DNA from: Nemertoderma westbladi
Lineage: Eukaryota > Animalia > Xenacoelomorpha
NCBI GenBank assembly: GCA_032718475.1
Contig: JAUCBJ010002391.1
Span: 1 to 59,953 of the forward strand
Reading direction: 5' to 3'
DNA: 59,953 nt
Part shown: positions 1 through 11,863 of the stretch, piece after piece
Layout: every line of letters starts with the position of its first letter
Position numbering within the stretch: the stretch's first letter is position 1
Position numbers and translations under genes: made by a program
The notes under the pieces: model-generated
What the model saw: the letters and a program-made list of their open reading frames with translations, nothing else
What the model was told of the DNA's origin: nothing
The model's database searches: none

Positions 1-578
1 CCAGAGGCGTAGTGAAGGGGGACAGATGCATAGCGAGGAGGGACCAGAGGCATAGCGAGGGGGGCATAGGCGTAGTGAAGGGGGACAGAGGCGTAGCGAG
101 GGGGGGACCAGAGGCGTAGCGAGGGGGACCAAAGGCGTAGCGAGGGGGGACCAAAGGCGTAGCGAGGGGGGACCAAAGGTGCAGCAAGGGGGGGGGGGGG
201 CAGAGGCGTAGCGAGGGGGGACCAGAGGCTTAGCGAGGGGGGACCAAAGGTGTACGAGGGGGGACCAGAGGTGTAGCGAGGGGGGACCAGTGGCGTAGTG
301 AGGGGGGGCCAGAGGCGTAGCGAGGGGGGGGGCAGAGGCATAGCGAGGAGGGGACCAGAGGCGTAGCGAGGGGGGACCAGGACGTAGCGAGGGGGGGACC
401 AGAGGCGTAGGCGAGGGGGGACCATAGGCGTAGCGAGGGGGGACCAGAGGCGTAGTGAAGGGGGACAGAGGCGTAGCGAGCGGGGGCCAGAGGCATAGCG
501 AGGGGGCCAGAGGCGTAGTGAAGGGGACAGATGCGTAGTGAGTGGGGACCAGAGGCGTAGTGAAGGGGGACAGAGACA
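1..578. repeat. G-rich minisatellite, ~21-22 bp unit (GGGGGGACCAGAGGCGTAGCGA), truncated by window start
   Basis: Unit directly visible in about 26 degenerate copies with variable G-run length. Confidence 0.95.
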
Positions 579-584
579 TACAAT

Positions 585-705
585 AATAACACAAGGTACT
601 AGGTACATACAATAATAGCCTAGGGTACATTGGATAGGGTACATTGGGTACATACAATAATAGCACAGGGTACATTGGGTTACATACAATAATAGCATAG
701 GGTAA
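585..705. repeat. Short degenerate tandem repeat (TACATACAATAATAGC..GGGTACATTGG)
   Basis: About 4 imperfect copies visible. Confidence 0.7.
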
Positions 706-1257
706 TTTAATTTTTCCTCCTAATCAGTTTTTTATCTGCGTCAATTCTCCCCTGTAGATGATTGGGTCAAGACCCCCCCCCCCCCCCCCCCCCCCCCCAC
801 CCCCGTCTAGCTCTTTGCGTCCCATAGAAATATCCTACGATATGCAAATATATTGCAAGGCGAATGCGTATTCACATAAACAAAATTTACCGATAAATCT
901 AGTAATAATTACACTATTTGCATTTTGCAGAAATTTCTAGACATGATATGTCTGTAATGCAAATATTGATTTAATTTGATTGATATATGAATAATTGCTT
1001 TCACATATGCCTATACTCTTTAAATCTTATACCCTCAGTTCAGACTAAGCCGCCTACAAGCCACTGGATAGTGGATATAGGGTTGGGGATTACTACACTA
1101 TTATTATTTTATAATATTTGAGATTGAATATATATTGGTCTATGTTTATTGCCCTGCTATAAGGCGCGCTAAGCACCTGGCAATATATAAATAATATTGG
1201 TTTAGGAGGCCATGTACGATCTCGGATGATGGCAAAATGTAGGCTGACGCCAATGCA

Positions 1258-1453
1258 TCACGGGGTGTAGACCGCTATACCCAGACCGAACCGTTTCTCT
1301 GCAACTGAGTGGATACGGTCGGCCAAATAAATGTAGGGGTTCATCATACCTCCAGCCACTGTGCTCCTCCTGTCAATATTATTTAAATGTACATATTTTA
1401 GGTTCACTGTAATGGAATCAATGTCTGGAATGGTTGGAGAGTCCGACTTCTTA
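1258..1453 (-). CDS. Possible terminal coding exon of an unidentified gene (KKSDSPTIPDIDSITVNLKY...AEKRFGLGIAVYTP*)
   Basis: Non-repetitive open frame of ~64 codons following CCTAG and ending in TGA. The acceptor is weak, I recognise no homology, and I found no upstream exon. Confidence 0.2.
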
Positions 1454-1466
1454 CTAGGACCACACA

Positions 1467-3100
1467 AGTTTGAACCCACCTGAGCAAGAAACCCAACCAG
1501 TTTGAACCCAACTGAACCAGAAACCCAACCAGTTCGAACCCTCCTGAGCCAGAAACCCAACAAGTTCGAACCCAACTGAACCAGAAAACCAAACAGTTCG
1601 AAGCCACCTGAGCCAGAAACCCAACCAGTTCGAACCCACCTGAGCCAGAAACCCAACCAGTTCTAACACATCCGAGCCAGAAATCCAACCAGTTCAAACT
1701 CACCTGAGCCAAGAACCCAACCGGTTCGAACTCACCTGAGCCAGAAACCCAACCAGTTCGAACCCACCTGACCACGAAACCCAACCAATTCGAACCCACC
1801 TGAGCAACAAACCCAACCAGTTCGAAACGACCTGAGCCAGAAACCCAACCAGTTCGAAACCACCTGAGCCAGAAACCCAACCAGTTCGAACCCACCTGAG
1901 CCAGAAACCCAACAAGTACGAACCTTCCTGAGCCAGAAACCCAACCAGTTCGAAATCACCTGAGCCAGAAACCCAACCGGTTCGAACTCACCTGAGCCAG
2001 AAACCCAACCAGTTCGAACCCACCTGACCACGAAACCCAACCAGTTCGAACCCACCTGAGCAACAAACCCAACCAGTTCGAAACGACCTGAGCCAGAAAC
2101 CCAACCAGTACGAACCCATCTGAGCCAGAAACCCAATCAGTTCGAACCCACCTGGGCCAGAAACCCAACCAGTTCGAACCCACCTGACCCAGAAACACAA
2201 CCAGTTCGAACCCACCTGAGCCAGAAACACTACCAGTTCGAACCCACCTGAGTCAGAAACCCAACTAGTTCGAACCCACCTGACCACGAAACCCAATCAG
2301 TTCGAACCCACAAGTGCCAGAAATCCAACCTGTTCGAACCAACCTGAGCCAGAAACCCAACCAGTTCGAACCCACCTGAGCCAGAAACCCAACCTGTTCG
2401 AACCCACCTGAGCCAGAAACCCAACCAGTTCGAACCCACCCCACCTGAGCCCGAAACCCAAACAGTTCTAACCCACCTGAGCCAGAAACCCAACCAGTTC
2501 GAACCCACGTGAGCCAGAAACCCAACCAGTTCGAACCCATCTGAGGCAGAAACTAAACCAGTTCGAACCCACCTGACCACGAAACCCAATCAGTTCGAAC
2601 CCATCTGAGGCAGAAACCAAACCAGTTCGAACCCACCTGACCACGAAACCCAATCAGTTCGAACCCACAAGTGCCAGAAATCCAACCTGTTCGAACCCAC
2701 CTGAGCCAGAAACCCAACCAGTTCGAACCCACCTGAGCCAGAAACCCAACCTGTTCGAACCCACCTGAGCCAGAAACCCAACCAGTTAGAACCCACCTGA
2801 GCCAGAAACCCAAACAGTTCTAACCCACCTGAGCCAGAAACCCAACCAGTTCGAACCCACCTGAGCCAGAAACCCAACCAGTTCGAACCCACCTGAGCCA
2901 GAAACCCAACCAGTTCGAACCCATCTGAGCCAGAAACCCAACCAGTTCGAACCCACCTGAGCCAGAAACCCAACCAGTTCGAACCCACCTGAGCCAGAAA
3001 CCCAACCAGTTCGAACCCACCCCACCTGAGCCCGAAACCCAAACAGTTCTAACCCACCTGAGCCAGAAACCCAACCAGTTCGAACCCACCTGAGCCAGAA
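1467..3100. repeat. Minisatellite, 32 bp unit (CCCACCTGAGCCAGAAACCCAACCAGTTCGAA), ~50 copies
   Basis: Unit directly visible. It explains all the overlapping 'GFWLRWVRTGWVSGSGG' ORFs. Confidence 0.97.
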
Positions 3101-3823
3101 GCACACTCCACGGACATAAATAGTTATAAACTGTAAACCCCCAGAAAATCATAGATTAAATATAAACGCATAATCGCGATATACTGATACATAACATTAA
3201 TATAATTATGAATAATTATAAGAAAGCCCAAATAAGTATAGTTGATGTAACAATAGCTGCCTGTAAACATGCTGAACTGTTTAGTGATACATAAATAAGG
3301 TATAATATATTATATAATGGACAATATTAAAGTAAATTATCTAGTTTAAGAGGAACTGTTATACTTGTAGACTGTTATGACCCAGCAGACGAGCAAAATA
3401 CTATAATATTCACCGAAAATCAGCCACTCGTTTAACCGAAGATATCCAATAATATTGCATTATTAATAATTTATAATGAAAAGAGAAAGCCGCTTCTTAT
3501 AATAATAATAGCTACAATATAATAGCAGTAATAGAAGTAATAGTACCCCCCACCACCACCACAGCACATTATGGTAGCTACCATAGCACAATTTAGTTTC
3601 AGTTCAGTTCAATGTGTTATAAATACAAATTTGCACTGTAAAATATTGGAATTGAAATATTTATGGAATAATATCGGGTAAATCATTTATCGTATAAACA
3701 GTAAATAGGAACCAATCTAAAAGTGTAATTCTATGAAAACCACAAAGTGTAGATGGAGAGTGCCACATTAAATAAATAGGTGAACCGCACCGAAACCGGA
3801 ACCACACAATAACGTGTAACAGC

Positions 3824-4076
3824 GAATAGGTTACAAATGTGTAACAGGTAAGGGAATAGGTTACAAATGTGTAACAGGTAAGGGAATAGGTTACAAATGT
3901 GTAACAGGTAAGGGAATAGGTTACAAATGTGTAACAGGTAAGGGAATGGGTTACAAATGTGTAACAGGTAAGGGAATAGGTTACAAATGTGTAACAGGTA
4001 AGGGAATAGGTTACAAATGTGTAACAGGTAAGGGAATGGGTTACAAATGTGTAACAGGTAAGGGAATAGGTTACAA
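3824..4076. repeat. Minisatellite, 30 bp unit (GAATAGGTTACAAATGTGTAACAGGTAAGG), ~8 copies
   Basis: Near-perfect 30-nt period. Each unit contains the inverted repeat GTTACA-AATG-TGTAAC. Confidence 0.97.
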
Positions 4077-4457
4077 CAATAATCTTGATGAATTACCCAG
4101 CGGATTGTTTGCGAGGAGATAGTTACTGAAGATGAGATGCAACCGGGAGAATTGGTTCTTATAGAAAGTTGTCTTCCAATATCGAGTTCCTACTTATTAT
4201 TATTATTATATACCAATATATTATTGTAAATGATATTAAAAATGCGGCGGTCAAATATAATATAATATATACTTTAGAGATCTAATTAAGAAAAGAATAA
4301 CTTGATATGATAACAACAAGAAACACACTAGAGCTGTTTTTCTTCTCGAAAACTATAGGGATATAAGATAGAAGACGAAAATAGTTTCACTTTCTATTTA
4401 CTTGATCGATTGCAGTAAGTAATGATCTAAGAGTTGGAGGCGGTGAGGTTGTCCTCG

Positions 4458-5213
4458 TCACTCTACGTGCTTCAACTTGGATTTATCGAAACCCTTGACT
4501 TCGGCGCGAGAATCTACGAACTCGGCGTCGATGTCTCCCTTGGACGGGAGTCGGGTTCGAACTTCGGTCTCAACGTGCTTCAACTTACCGGAATCGAAAG
4601 TAGAAACCCCGGATACGTCCGGCAGGGTTTCCGGTTTGCGTTCTTCCATCAGCGTCTGCGCCGTGGGCAGCGGGTTCTTCTCATCCACGTCCACATGCTT
4701 TAACTTCCCGTGGTCGAAGGTTTTAACTAAATCCCTGGATTGGGCGGCTTCCTGTTTTATCACTTCGGTTGTCGGGAGAACTGATTTCTCTTTGGTCTCG
4801 ACGTGTTTCAGCTTGGAGGAATCGAAGTCCCCAACCCCCGCGGCCACCGGCGGTAGAACGTCAGGCCGACGTTCTGCCATCAACGTCTGTTCCGATGGAA
4901 GCGTGTTCTTCTCTTCAACGTCGACCTTCTTTAATTTAGAGGAATCGAAAGATTTAATCTCTGCCCTAGAGTGAACCGTCTCCTCTTTGATAACGTCTTG
5001 GGAAGGGAGCACAGTTTTATCCTTTGTCTCGACTTTTTTCAGGTTTGCTGCGTTGAACTTGGTGACTTCGTCTACGTTCGGCAGCTCCTCAGGACGTCTT
5101 TCTTCCATCAGGTCGTTAGCGGTTGGCAGGAGGTTCTTTTCGTCAACTTTAACGTGTTTTAGCTGGGAGGTTTTGAAGGATTCGATATCAGGTTTAACAT
5201 CTTTAACATCCAT
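4458..5213 (-). CDS. Multi-repeat beta-thymosin/WH2 actin-binding protein (ciboulot/tetrathymosin/actobindin-like), 251 aa, 7 repeats, intronless
   Basis: ATG-to-TGA ORF with seven F-x4-LK(H/K)V motifs, most followed by EKN/K-x-LP, matching the beta-thymosin consensus FDKSKLKKTETQEKNPLP. GC content is higher than in the flanks. Confidence 0.92.
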   Translation of the reverse strand: MDVKDVKPDIESFKTSQLKHVKVDEKNLLPTANDLMEERRPEELPNVDEVTKFNAANLKKVETKDKTVLPSQDVIKEETVHSRAEIKSFDSSKLKKVDVEEKNTLPSEQTLMAERRPDVLPPVAAGVGDFDSSKLKHVETKEKSVLPTTEVIKQEAAQSRDLVKTFDHGKLKHVDVDEKNPLPTAQTLMEERKPETLPDVSGVSTFDSGKLKHVETEVRTRLPSKGDIDAEFVDSRAEVKGFDKSKLKHVE

Positions 5214-7204
5214 GTTTGTTTATTGAATGGTTTTGGTCGAGTGAATATAATTTACAATATGAATAATGTTATTATTAAATTATGATTTATTAAGTTCTAA
5301 CCTAACAGTCTAATTAATATCTTTTTACAAATATGCAAATGCTAACGGTAGGCAGAATAATACTTAGTAGGCCTACTGTAGCGGTACCTACTAGGTCTAA
5401 TGCAGTAATGTAATGTGAGACCGGGGGGGAAATTGGACGAAAATCGCATTTCGGCTTTAAAAACTTATCTTAACTTAACCTAACTTATCAATTAATAGGA
5501 AGGAGCAGAATACAGTGCAGCAGTGGCAGGGCAGGTTATTCTAACCAAAGAAATACGGTAAAAATACGGTACCGGTGGGGGTAACAATTTTACAGGCTGG
5601 TAAGGCCTACCGGTACCTAACATGTTATTATTTGCGTCGATTTCCCTGAATGTACGTACGTAGACCTACATCAGTACAGATGTACCGTTCCGAAACAAAC
5701 ATCCAGCAATTGAAATAAATTGCACAGGTTACAATAACAATTTTATTTTAGAAGGTAAATGCTGAAATGTGTTATTTGCGATCTTACCCCAGGCAGCCAG
5801 GAGGTTGCCTTTTGATATCGTCGAGAGTCCATCTCTCTATCAGTTAAATTGAAATTTGTAATACAGCGATGGATCGGAATACAGAAATGATATGATGATT
5901 TACAATAAAACATCAAAGGGAAATACCGGTAGGTCCCTACTACTACATACTAAATGCTAAGGCGTTAAATCAAAGTAGACTGACTACAGTTACAGTACAG
6001 GAGATTGAACAAATATTTACAGACAGATAAAACCAATATAGACGTTGAAGACGATATAGGCAACATCAAATGAAAAGAAACAAACACTACGTACTGACGT
6101 AATTAGGGCGATTATAATATACCACCGGTAGGCCTATTTACTAAGAAGATTAGTCCTGATTAGTGGATTAGTGATGCTGTAATTGGTTATCCGCTGCTAG
6201 TACAGATAAGTAGTGCAACTCAGGCGTCTGTGACTGTGAGTAGATGCGGGTAGTTAAGATTTGGTCTATTAAATTCTGAACAAAGTAGTACAGGCCGAGC
6301 TGAATGTAATTACAACGCATAAACCGGAACTGTTTTTGTTTTATACAAATGGAAGTTCTCACTCAGTCATATTAATTGTTATCATATCTTGAGTCATTGT
6401 CGTTTAAGTAAGATTACCAGATTAATAATACAGGCAGACCGGTGTAGCAGTAAAATAATGTCAGCCCCTTTCTATGAAGACTAGTAATTTGAAGGTTATT
6501 GCCAACTGGCGCGAGAGATAAACGAACAAGTAGTTCTCATTACATTTTATCACCGCCAATCTGCCTACAGTTTTGGAGCGCCGAGCGAACGGCGTACAGA
6601 CAGATAGGTATGAACAATTATTGTGTCTGAGTATCTTCCACGAAGTGTCCTAACAGACAGTCAGAAATTTATCTACAACACCATAATATACTACATTAAA
6701 AAAAGGCTAATGGGGGGGGGGGGGGGGGGGGGGGGCATAAAATTCAACCTTGGAATTTGAAAGATTTGACAGGCAGGAATGCAAGTTAGCTATCGTGCCT
6801 ACAGTACTTATATTTTATGATAATTATTTATGGTTTCCGTTATAAAGGAATAGGAAGGGAGAACCAAACATATGTTACTTTAATAGAATCCCTCAATACA
6901 GTACCAGTAATGTGCAGTAGCCTACCATTACCCAATGGAATCCTCCAATGCACACGATTTCTATAAATAATATCAAGGGACTAACTAGGCACACTCATCA
7001 TCCCATTGGCTCAATCATATGGGGAACATAAATAGCTGCGGTTAATGTCTGGAGCACAAAGTGGGAATATTCCACAGTAATTTATGTTTGCGAACTTTGC
7101 ATGGTTGCATGGCGTCTCTCATAACATCCAACAATCCATTCTCACAATATATCAAGAATAATTCTATTGTACAATTATAATTTTCGTTGGGCAGCTTAGC
7201 AATG

Positions 7205-7275
7205 TCGGTCTGACGTCAGGTGGGATCGAACTGGTAACCTCGAGGATGGAAGTCCGGCGCTTTATCCATCGCTAA
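7205..7275 (-). mobile_element. tRNA-derived SINE head / tRNA pseudogene (Gly-TCC-like)
   Basis: Minus strand reads GCGCCGGACTTCCATCCTCGAGGTTACCAGTTCGATCCCACCTGAC: a B-box-like GTTCGATCCC preceded by an anticodon-loop-like CT-TCC-A. Confidence 0.55.
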
Positions 7276-7459
7276 ATCAACTCAGATAAAAGGAAGGCCT
7301 ACAGTAGCTATACTTAGAAGGGGATACATACACCGGGCCGTGATGGTTCTTGGTTAGTGGCTGCACAGCACATGATTTGGTTTTACATATGGGAGGCCAT
7401 GGGGACGTAAATTGCGGTGATACAAGGTTTTCCAGGTCTAACTTTTTTTATGTGATCTA

Positions 7460-7530
7460 CTATTGGGATTGTTAGAGAGTTAGACTTCCAAACTGGAGTT
7501 CACCAGTTCGATCCCAACAGGAAGTCAATG
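7460..7530 (+). mobile_element. Second tRNA-derived SINE head of the same family, opposite orientation
   Basis: GAGTTAGACTTCCAAACTGGAGTTCACCAGTTCGATCCCAACAGG shares GACTTCCA and ACCAGTTCGATCCCA with the reverse complement of 7205-7275. Confidence 0.55.
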
Positions 7531-8406
7531 TCGACTTTGTTAAGCTGAAAAGAACGAAGATTATATTAATATAACACCACTCCCTCTCACCCATCCAAGA
7601 TAAAAACTAATATAATTGTAAACCAGATTCCTACCAACCTAACAGCTAAAGTACAGTAATAGACTGGCACTGCGCTAGGATAACTGACGTAAACGACTAT
7701 GGTAACTGATCAATCAGGTACAGTTCACCCTAACTTTATTATCGCTTAGAGACACAAATTTTTAATCCTACAAACAATTAAAGCTCGCAGCAACTGTACC
7801 AAGTATCAAGTGGCATTGGATGGAATTACTTAAACCTACTGACACACCACCAAAGCATGTAAATAATTTCATGGAAACGCCCATAAAATACCAATAAAAT
7901 GAATGTCTATTAAATAAATAGCCTATAATGATAAGCAACAACTGCCGCTAAGCAATAACCAGTTACACCCAGGAAACCAGCTAATATATAATAGAGAGAG
8001 AGACTCCACCAGTAGTAGATACAATAAATCAGTTCAAGGTTTATCTTAAGTTAATAATGAGTTTGGTAGATAATATGGGCGGACATTGGCGTGATGCTAA
8101 TGGTGTAGCAACCAGGAAGTTACACATCAGTGCTAGGAATAATAATTAAATCACACCATAGTTTGCTGCTGTTAGTAGTTGTAAGTATGGCTATAGGCAA
8201 TCCCTGGCACAATACATTGGTTAACATCTGGAACGATCTTTCTGCAAACACTGATAACCAATGGAGCGGAGTAGGTAGGTTGTAAGTACACCCATTGGAA
8301 ATAGTAATACAGATTTACCCCCCTCCCCCTAAATTATATAGGGGTAAACATCAATATGAATCATCATGAATAAACACACCATTGCCATCGGCCGCTCTGG
8401 GTCTAT

Positions 8407-9233
8407 CTATAGAAATGTTGCTAACTTTGGGAAGGGATTCTGTTTGCTTATAACTAATTTTTGGTGTTGGTGGGAGATGTATCCTTTAATGTAGTTATCG
8501 TATATAAGGTTCGCTAGTAGGCATTCAACCTCATCCTTGTCAATCTCTTCCGCAAGATCTTGTGCGGCTAGAGCAGCAACTAGGGCGTCAATGGGAACTT
8601 GATGAGTGTTCAACACAGAGACAACTCGCTTAAATAAATTCCTGAACGCTATTATCTTCAGTCGTTCTAGAATCAGGAACACCCCGTAGTACACGAAGAA
8701 TTCTTCGTCTTCTGCTATGGCTCTGTCTATCTTCTTGACATTGCCTTCAACCACAGCGTTGCGTAATGGAATGTACTGGCCCAGGTTGTGTTTCTCTAAG
8801 GAAGATACCGTCGGCATCTTACCCAACATCATCCCAGTTGGAACCAAATAGACAAGAATTAATCGTAGATTCTTCGTAGAATGTGGTGGACAGTTCGAGA
8901 ACGCAAAGGTTAAGAATTTATCGGCGAGTTTAAAATCGCTTTCTAGAAGACACTTCCTCCCATTGAAGTAACTGAATGTCACGCGGTCGGAGAGAGTAAA
9001 CTGATCGCGCATTGGAGACTGATCGATGGCCCTGATCAACGGTTTGCAAAGGTTGAGTTTGTTGATTTTAAAGTAGATCTTGAACAGTTGGTTGACTATA
9101 CCGAGCATCCCCCATCGCTTGCTAACATCGGCGTGGGCTCGGGTATCGCTCGCACAGACACGGAAGCAGTTCATGAGATTCTCCGCCGCTTTCTCTAGGT
9201 GCTTCCAGTTCGTCGAAACAACTTGAGAATTAC
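8407..9233 (-). CDS. PCID2: PCI domain-containing protein 2 (TREX-2 subunit; Thp1/CSN12 family), exon 2 of 2
   Basis: Motifs LEKAAENLMNCFRVCASD, SKRWGML..VNQLFKIYFKINKLNLCKPLIRAI and DEVECLLANLIY..YIKGYISHQHQKLVISKQNPFP are characteristic of PCID2. Acceptor ATCGCAG| at 9234; phase 1 joins exon 1 in frame (G+GT = Gly); stop TAG. Confidence 0.95.
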
Positions 9234-9295
9234 CTGCGATAAATTAATTAATCATAAACTGTGTAGGCCTATCACATTTACGGAGAACTCTAGAA

Positions 9296-11863
9296 ACTAA
9301 ATATACTACAGTACTCCCCTAAAACGTACCCTAAAGCTCACCAATCAATCAGGGACTCCCCTAAAACGTACCCTAAACTAATATACTACACAGTACTCCC
9401 CTAAAACGTACCCTAAAGCTCACCAACCAATCAGGGACTCCCCTAAAACGTACCCTAAACTCACCAATCAATCAGGGACTCCCCTAAAACGTACCCTAAA
9501 CTAATATACTACACAGTACTCCCCTAAAACGTACCCTAAAGCTCACCACAATCAGGGACTCCCCTAAAACGTACCCTAAAGCTCACCAATCAACCAGGGA
9601 CTCCCCTAAAACGTACCCTAAACTAATATACTACACAGTACTCCCCTAAAACGTACCCTAAAGCTCACCAACCAATCAGGGACTCCCCTAAAACGTACCC
9701 TAAGCTCACCAATCAACCAGGGACTCCCCTAAAACGTACCCTAAAGCCCACCAATCAACCAGGGACTCCCCTAAAACGTACCCTAAAGCTCACCAATCAA
9801 TCAGGGTCTCCCCTAAAACGAACCCTAAGCTCACCAATCAATCAGGGACTCCCCTAAAACGCACCCTAAAGCTCACCAATCAATCAGGGACTCCCCTAAA
9901 ACGTACCCTAAACTAATATACTACACAGTACTCCCCTAAAACGTACCCTAAGCTCACCAATCAATTAGGGACTCCCCTAAAACGTACCCTAAAGCTCACC
10001 AATCAATCAGGGACTCCCCTAAAACGTACCCTAAACTAATATACTACACAGTACTCCCCTAAAACGTACCCGAAAGCTCACCACAATCAGGGACTCCCCT
10101 AAAACGTACCCTAAAGCTCACCAATCAATCAGGGACTCCCCTAAAACGTACCCTAAACTAATATACTACACAGTACTCCCCTAAAACGTACCCTAAACTC
10201 ACCAATCAATCAGGGACTCCCCTAAAACGTACCCTAAACTAATATACTACACAGTACTCCCCTAAAACGTACCCTAAAGCTCACCACAATCAGGGACTCC
10301 CCTAAAACGTACCCTAAAGCTCACCAATCAATCAGGGACTCCCCTAAAACGTACCCTAAACTAATATACTACACAGTACTCCCCTAAAACGAACCCTAAA
10401 GCTCACCACAATCAGGGACTCCCCTAAAACGTACCCTAAAGCCCACCAATCAACCAGGGACTCCCCTAAAACGTACCCTAAAGCTCACCAACCAATCAGG
10501 GACTCCCCTAAAACGTACCCTAAAGCTCACCAACCAATCAGGGACTCACCTAAAACGTACCCTAAAGCTCACCAACCAATCAGGGACTCCCCTAAAACGT
10601 ACCCTAAAGCTCACCAATCAATCAGGGACTCCCCTAAAACGAACCCTAAGCTCACCAATCAATCAGGGACTCCCCTACAACGAACCCTAAATCTCACCAA
10701 CCAATCAGGGACTCCCCTAAAACGTACCCTAAAGCTCACCAATCAATCAGGGATTCCCCTACAACGAACCCTAAATCTCACCAACCAATCAGGGACTCCC
10801 CTAAAACGTACCCTAAGCTCACCAATCAATCAGGGACTCCCCTAAAACGTACCCTAAAGCTCACCAACCAATCAGGGACTCCCCTAAAACGTACCCTAAA
10901 GCTCACCAATCAACCAGGGACTCCCCTAAAACGTACCCTAAAGCTCACCAATCAATTAGGGACTCCCCTAAAACGTACCCTAAAGCTCACCAATCAACCA
11001 GGGACTCCCCTAAAACATACCCTAAAGCTCACCAACCAACTAGGGACTCCCCCAAAACGTACCCAAAACTAATATACTACACAGTACTCCCCTAAAACGA
11101 ACCCTAAAGCTCACCACAATCAGGGACTCCCCTAAAACGTACCCTAAAGCCCACCAATCAACCAGGGACTCCCCTAAAACGTACCCTAAAGCTCACCAAC
11201 CAATCAGGGACTCCCCTAAAACGTACCCTAAAGCTCACCAACCAATCAGGGACTCCCCTAAAACGTACCCTAAAGCTCAAAAATCAACCAGGGACTCCCC
11301 TAAAACGTACCCTAAAGCTCACCAATCAATTAGGGACTCCCCTAAAACGTACCCTAAAGCTCACCAATCAACCAGGGACTCCCCTAAAACGTACCCTAAA
11401 GCTCACCAATCAATTAGGGACTCCCCTAAAACGTACCCTAAGCTCACCAATCAATCAGGGACTCCCCTAAAACGTACCCTAAAGCTCACCAATCAACCAG
11501 GGACTCCCCTAAAACGTACCCTAAAGCTCACCAATCAACCAGGGACTCCCCTAAAACGTACCCTAAAGCTCACCAATCAACCAGGGACTCCCCTAAAACG
11601 TACCCTAAAGCTCACCAATCAACCAGGGACTCCCCTAAAACGTACCCTAAAGCTCACCAATCAACCAGGGACTCCCCTAAAACGTACCCTAAAGCTCACC
11701 AATCAACCAGGGACTCCCCTAAAACGTACCCTAAAGCTCACCAATCAATTAGGGACTCCCCTAAAACGTACCCTAAAGCTCACCAATCAATCAGGGACTC
11801 CCCTAAAACGTACCCTAAAGCTCACCAACCAACTAGGGACTCTCCTAAAACGTACCCTAAAGC
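9296..11863. repeat. Intronic minisatellite, 42 bp unit (GGGACTCCCCTAAAACGTACCCTAAAGCTCACCAATCAATCA) interleaved with a 40 bp variant (..CCCTAAACTAATATACTACACAGT..), ~60 copies
   Basis: Directly visible. Lies within the PCID2 intron. Confidence 0.97.

Noticed and set aside
230-3152. Numerous 60-160-aa ORFs over the 21-bp and 32-bp arrays
   Set aside because: They are translations of tandem repeats, open in multiple frames, with unit length not a multiple of 3 in the 32-bp array.
4434-5226. Plus-strand ORFs overlapping the thymosin gene
   Set aside because: Antisense shadows of a clear minus-strand gene.
6712-6735. Long G/C homopolymers (also ~774-800, ~27829-27865, ~44422-44435)
   Set aside because: Simple homopolymer runs of uncertain length, with no supportable function.
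9296-11863. CRISPR-like look (constant core with alternating tails) or a true telomere
   Set aside because: The tails are only two recurring types rather than unique spacers, there are no cas genes, and the context is a eukaryotic intron. CCCTAAA is not in pure tandem.
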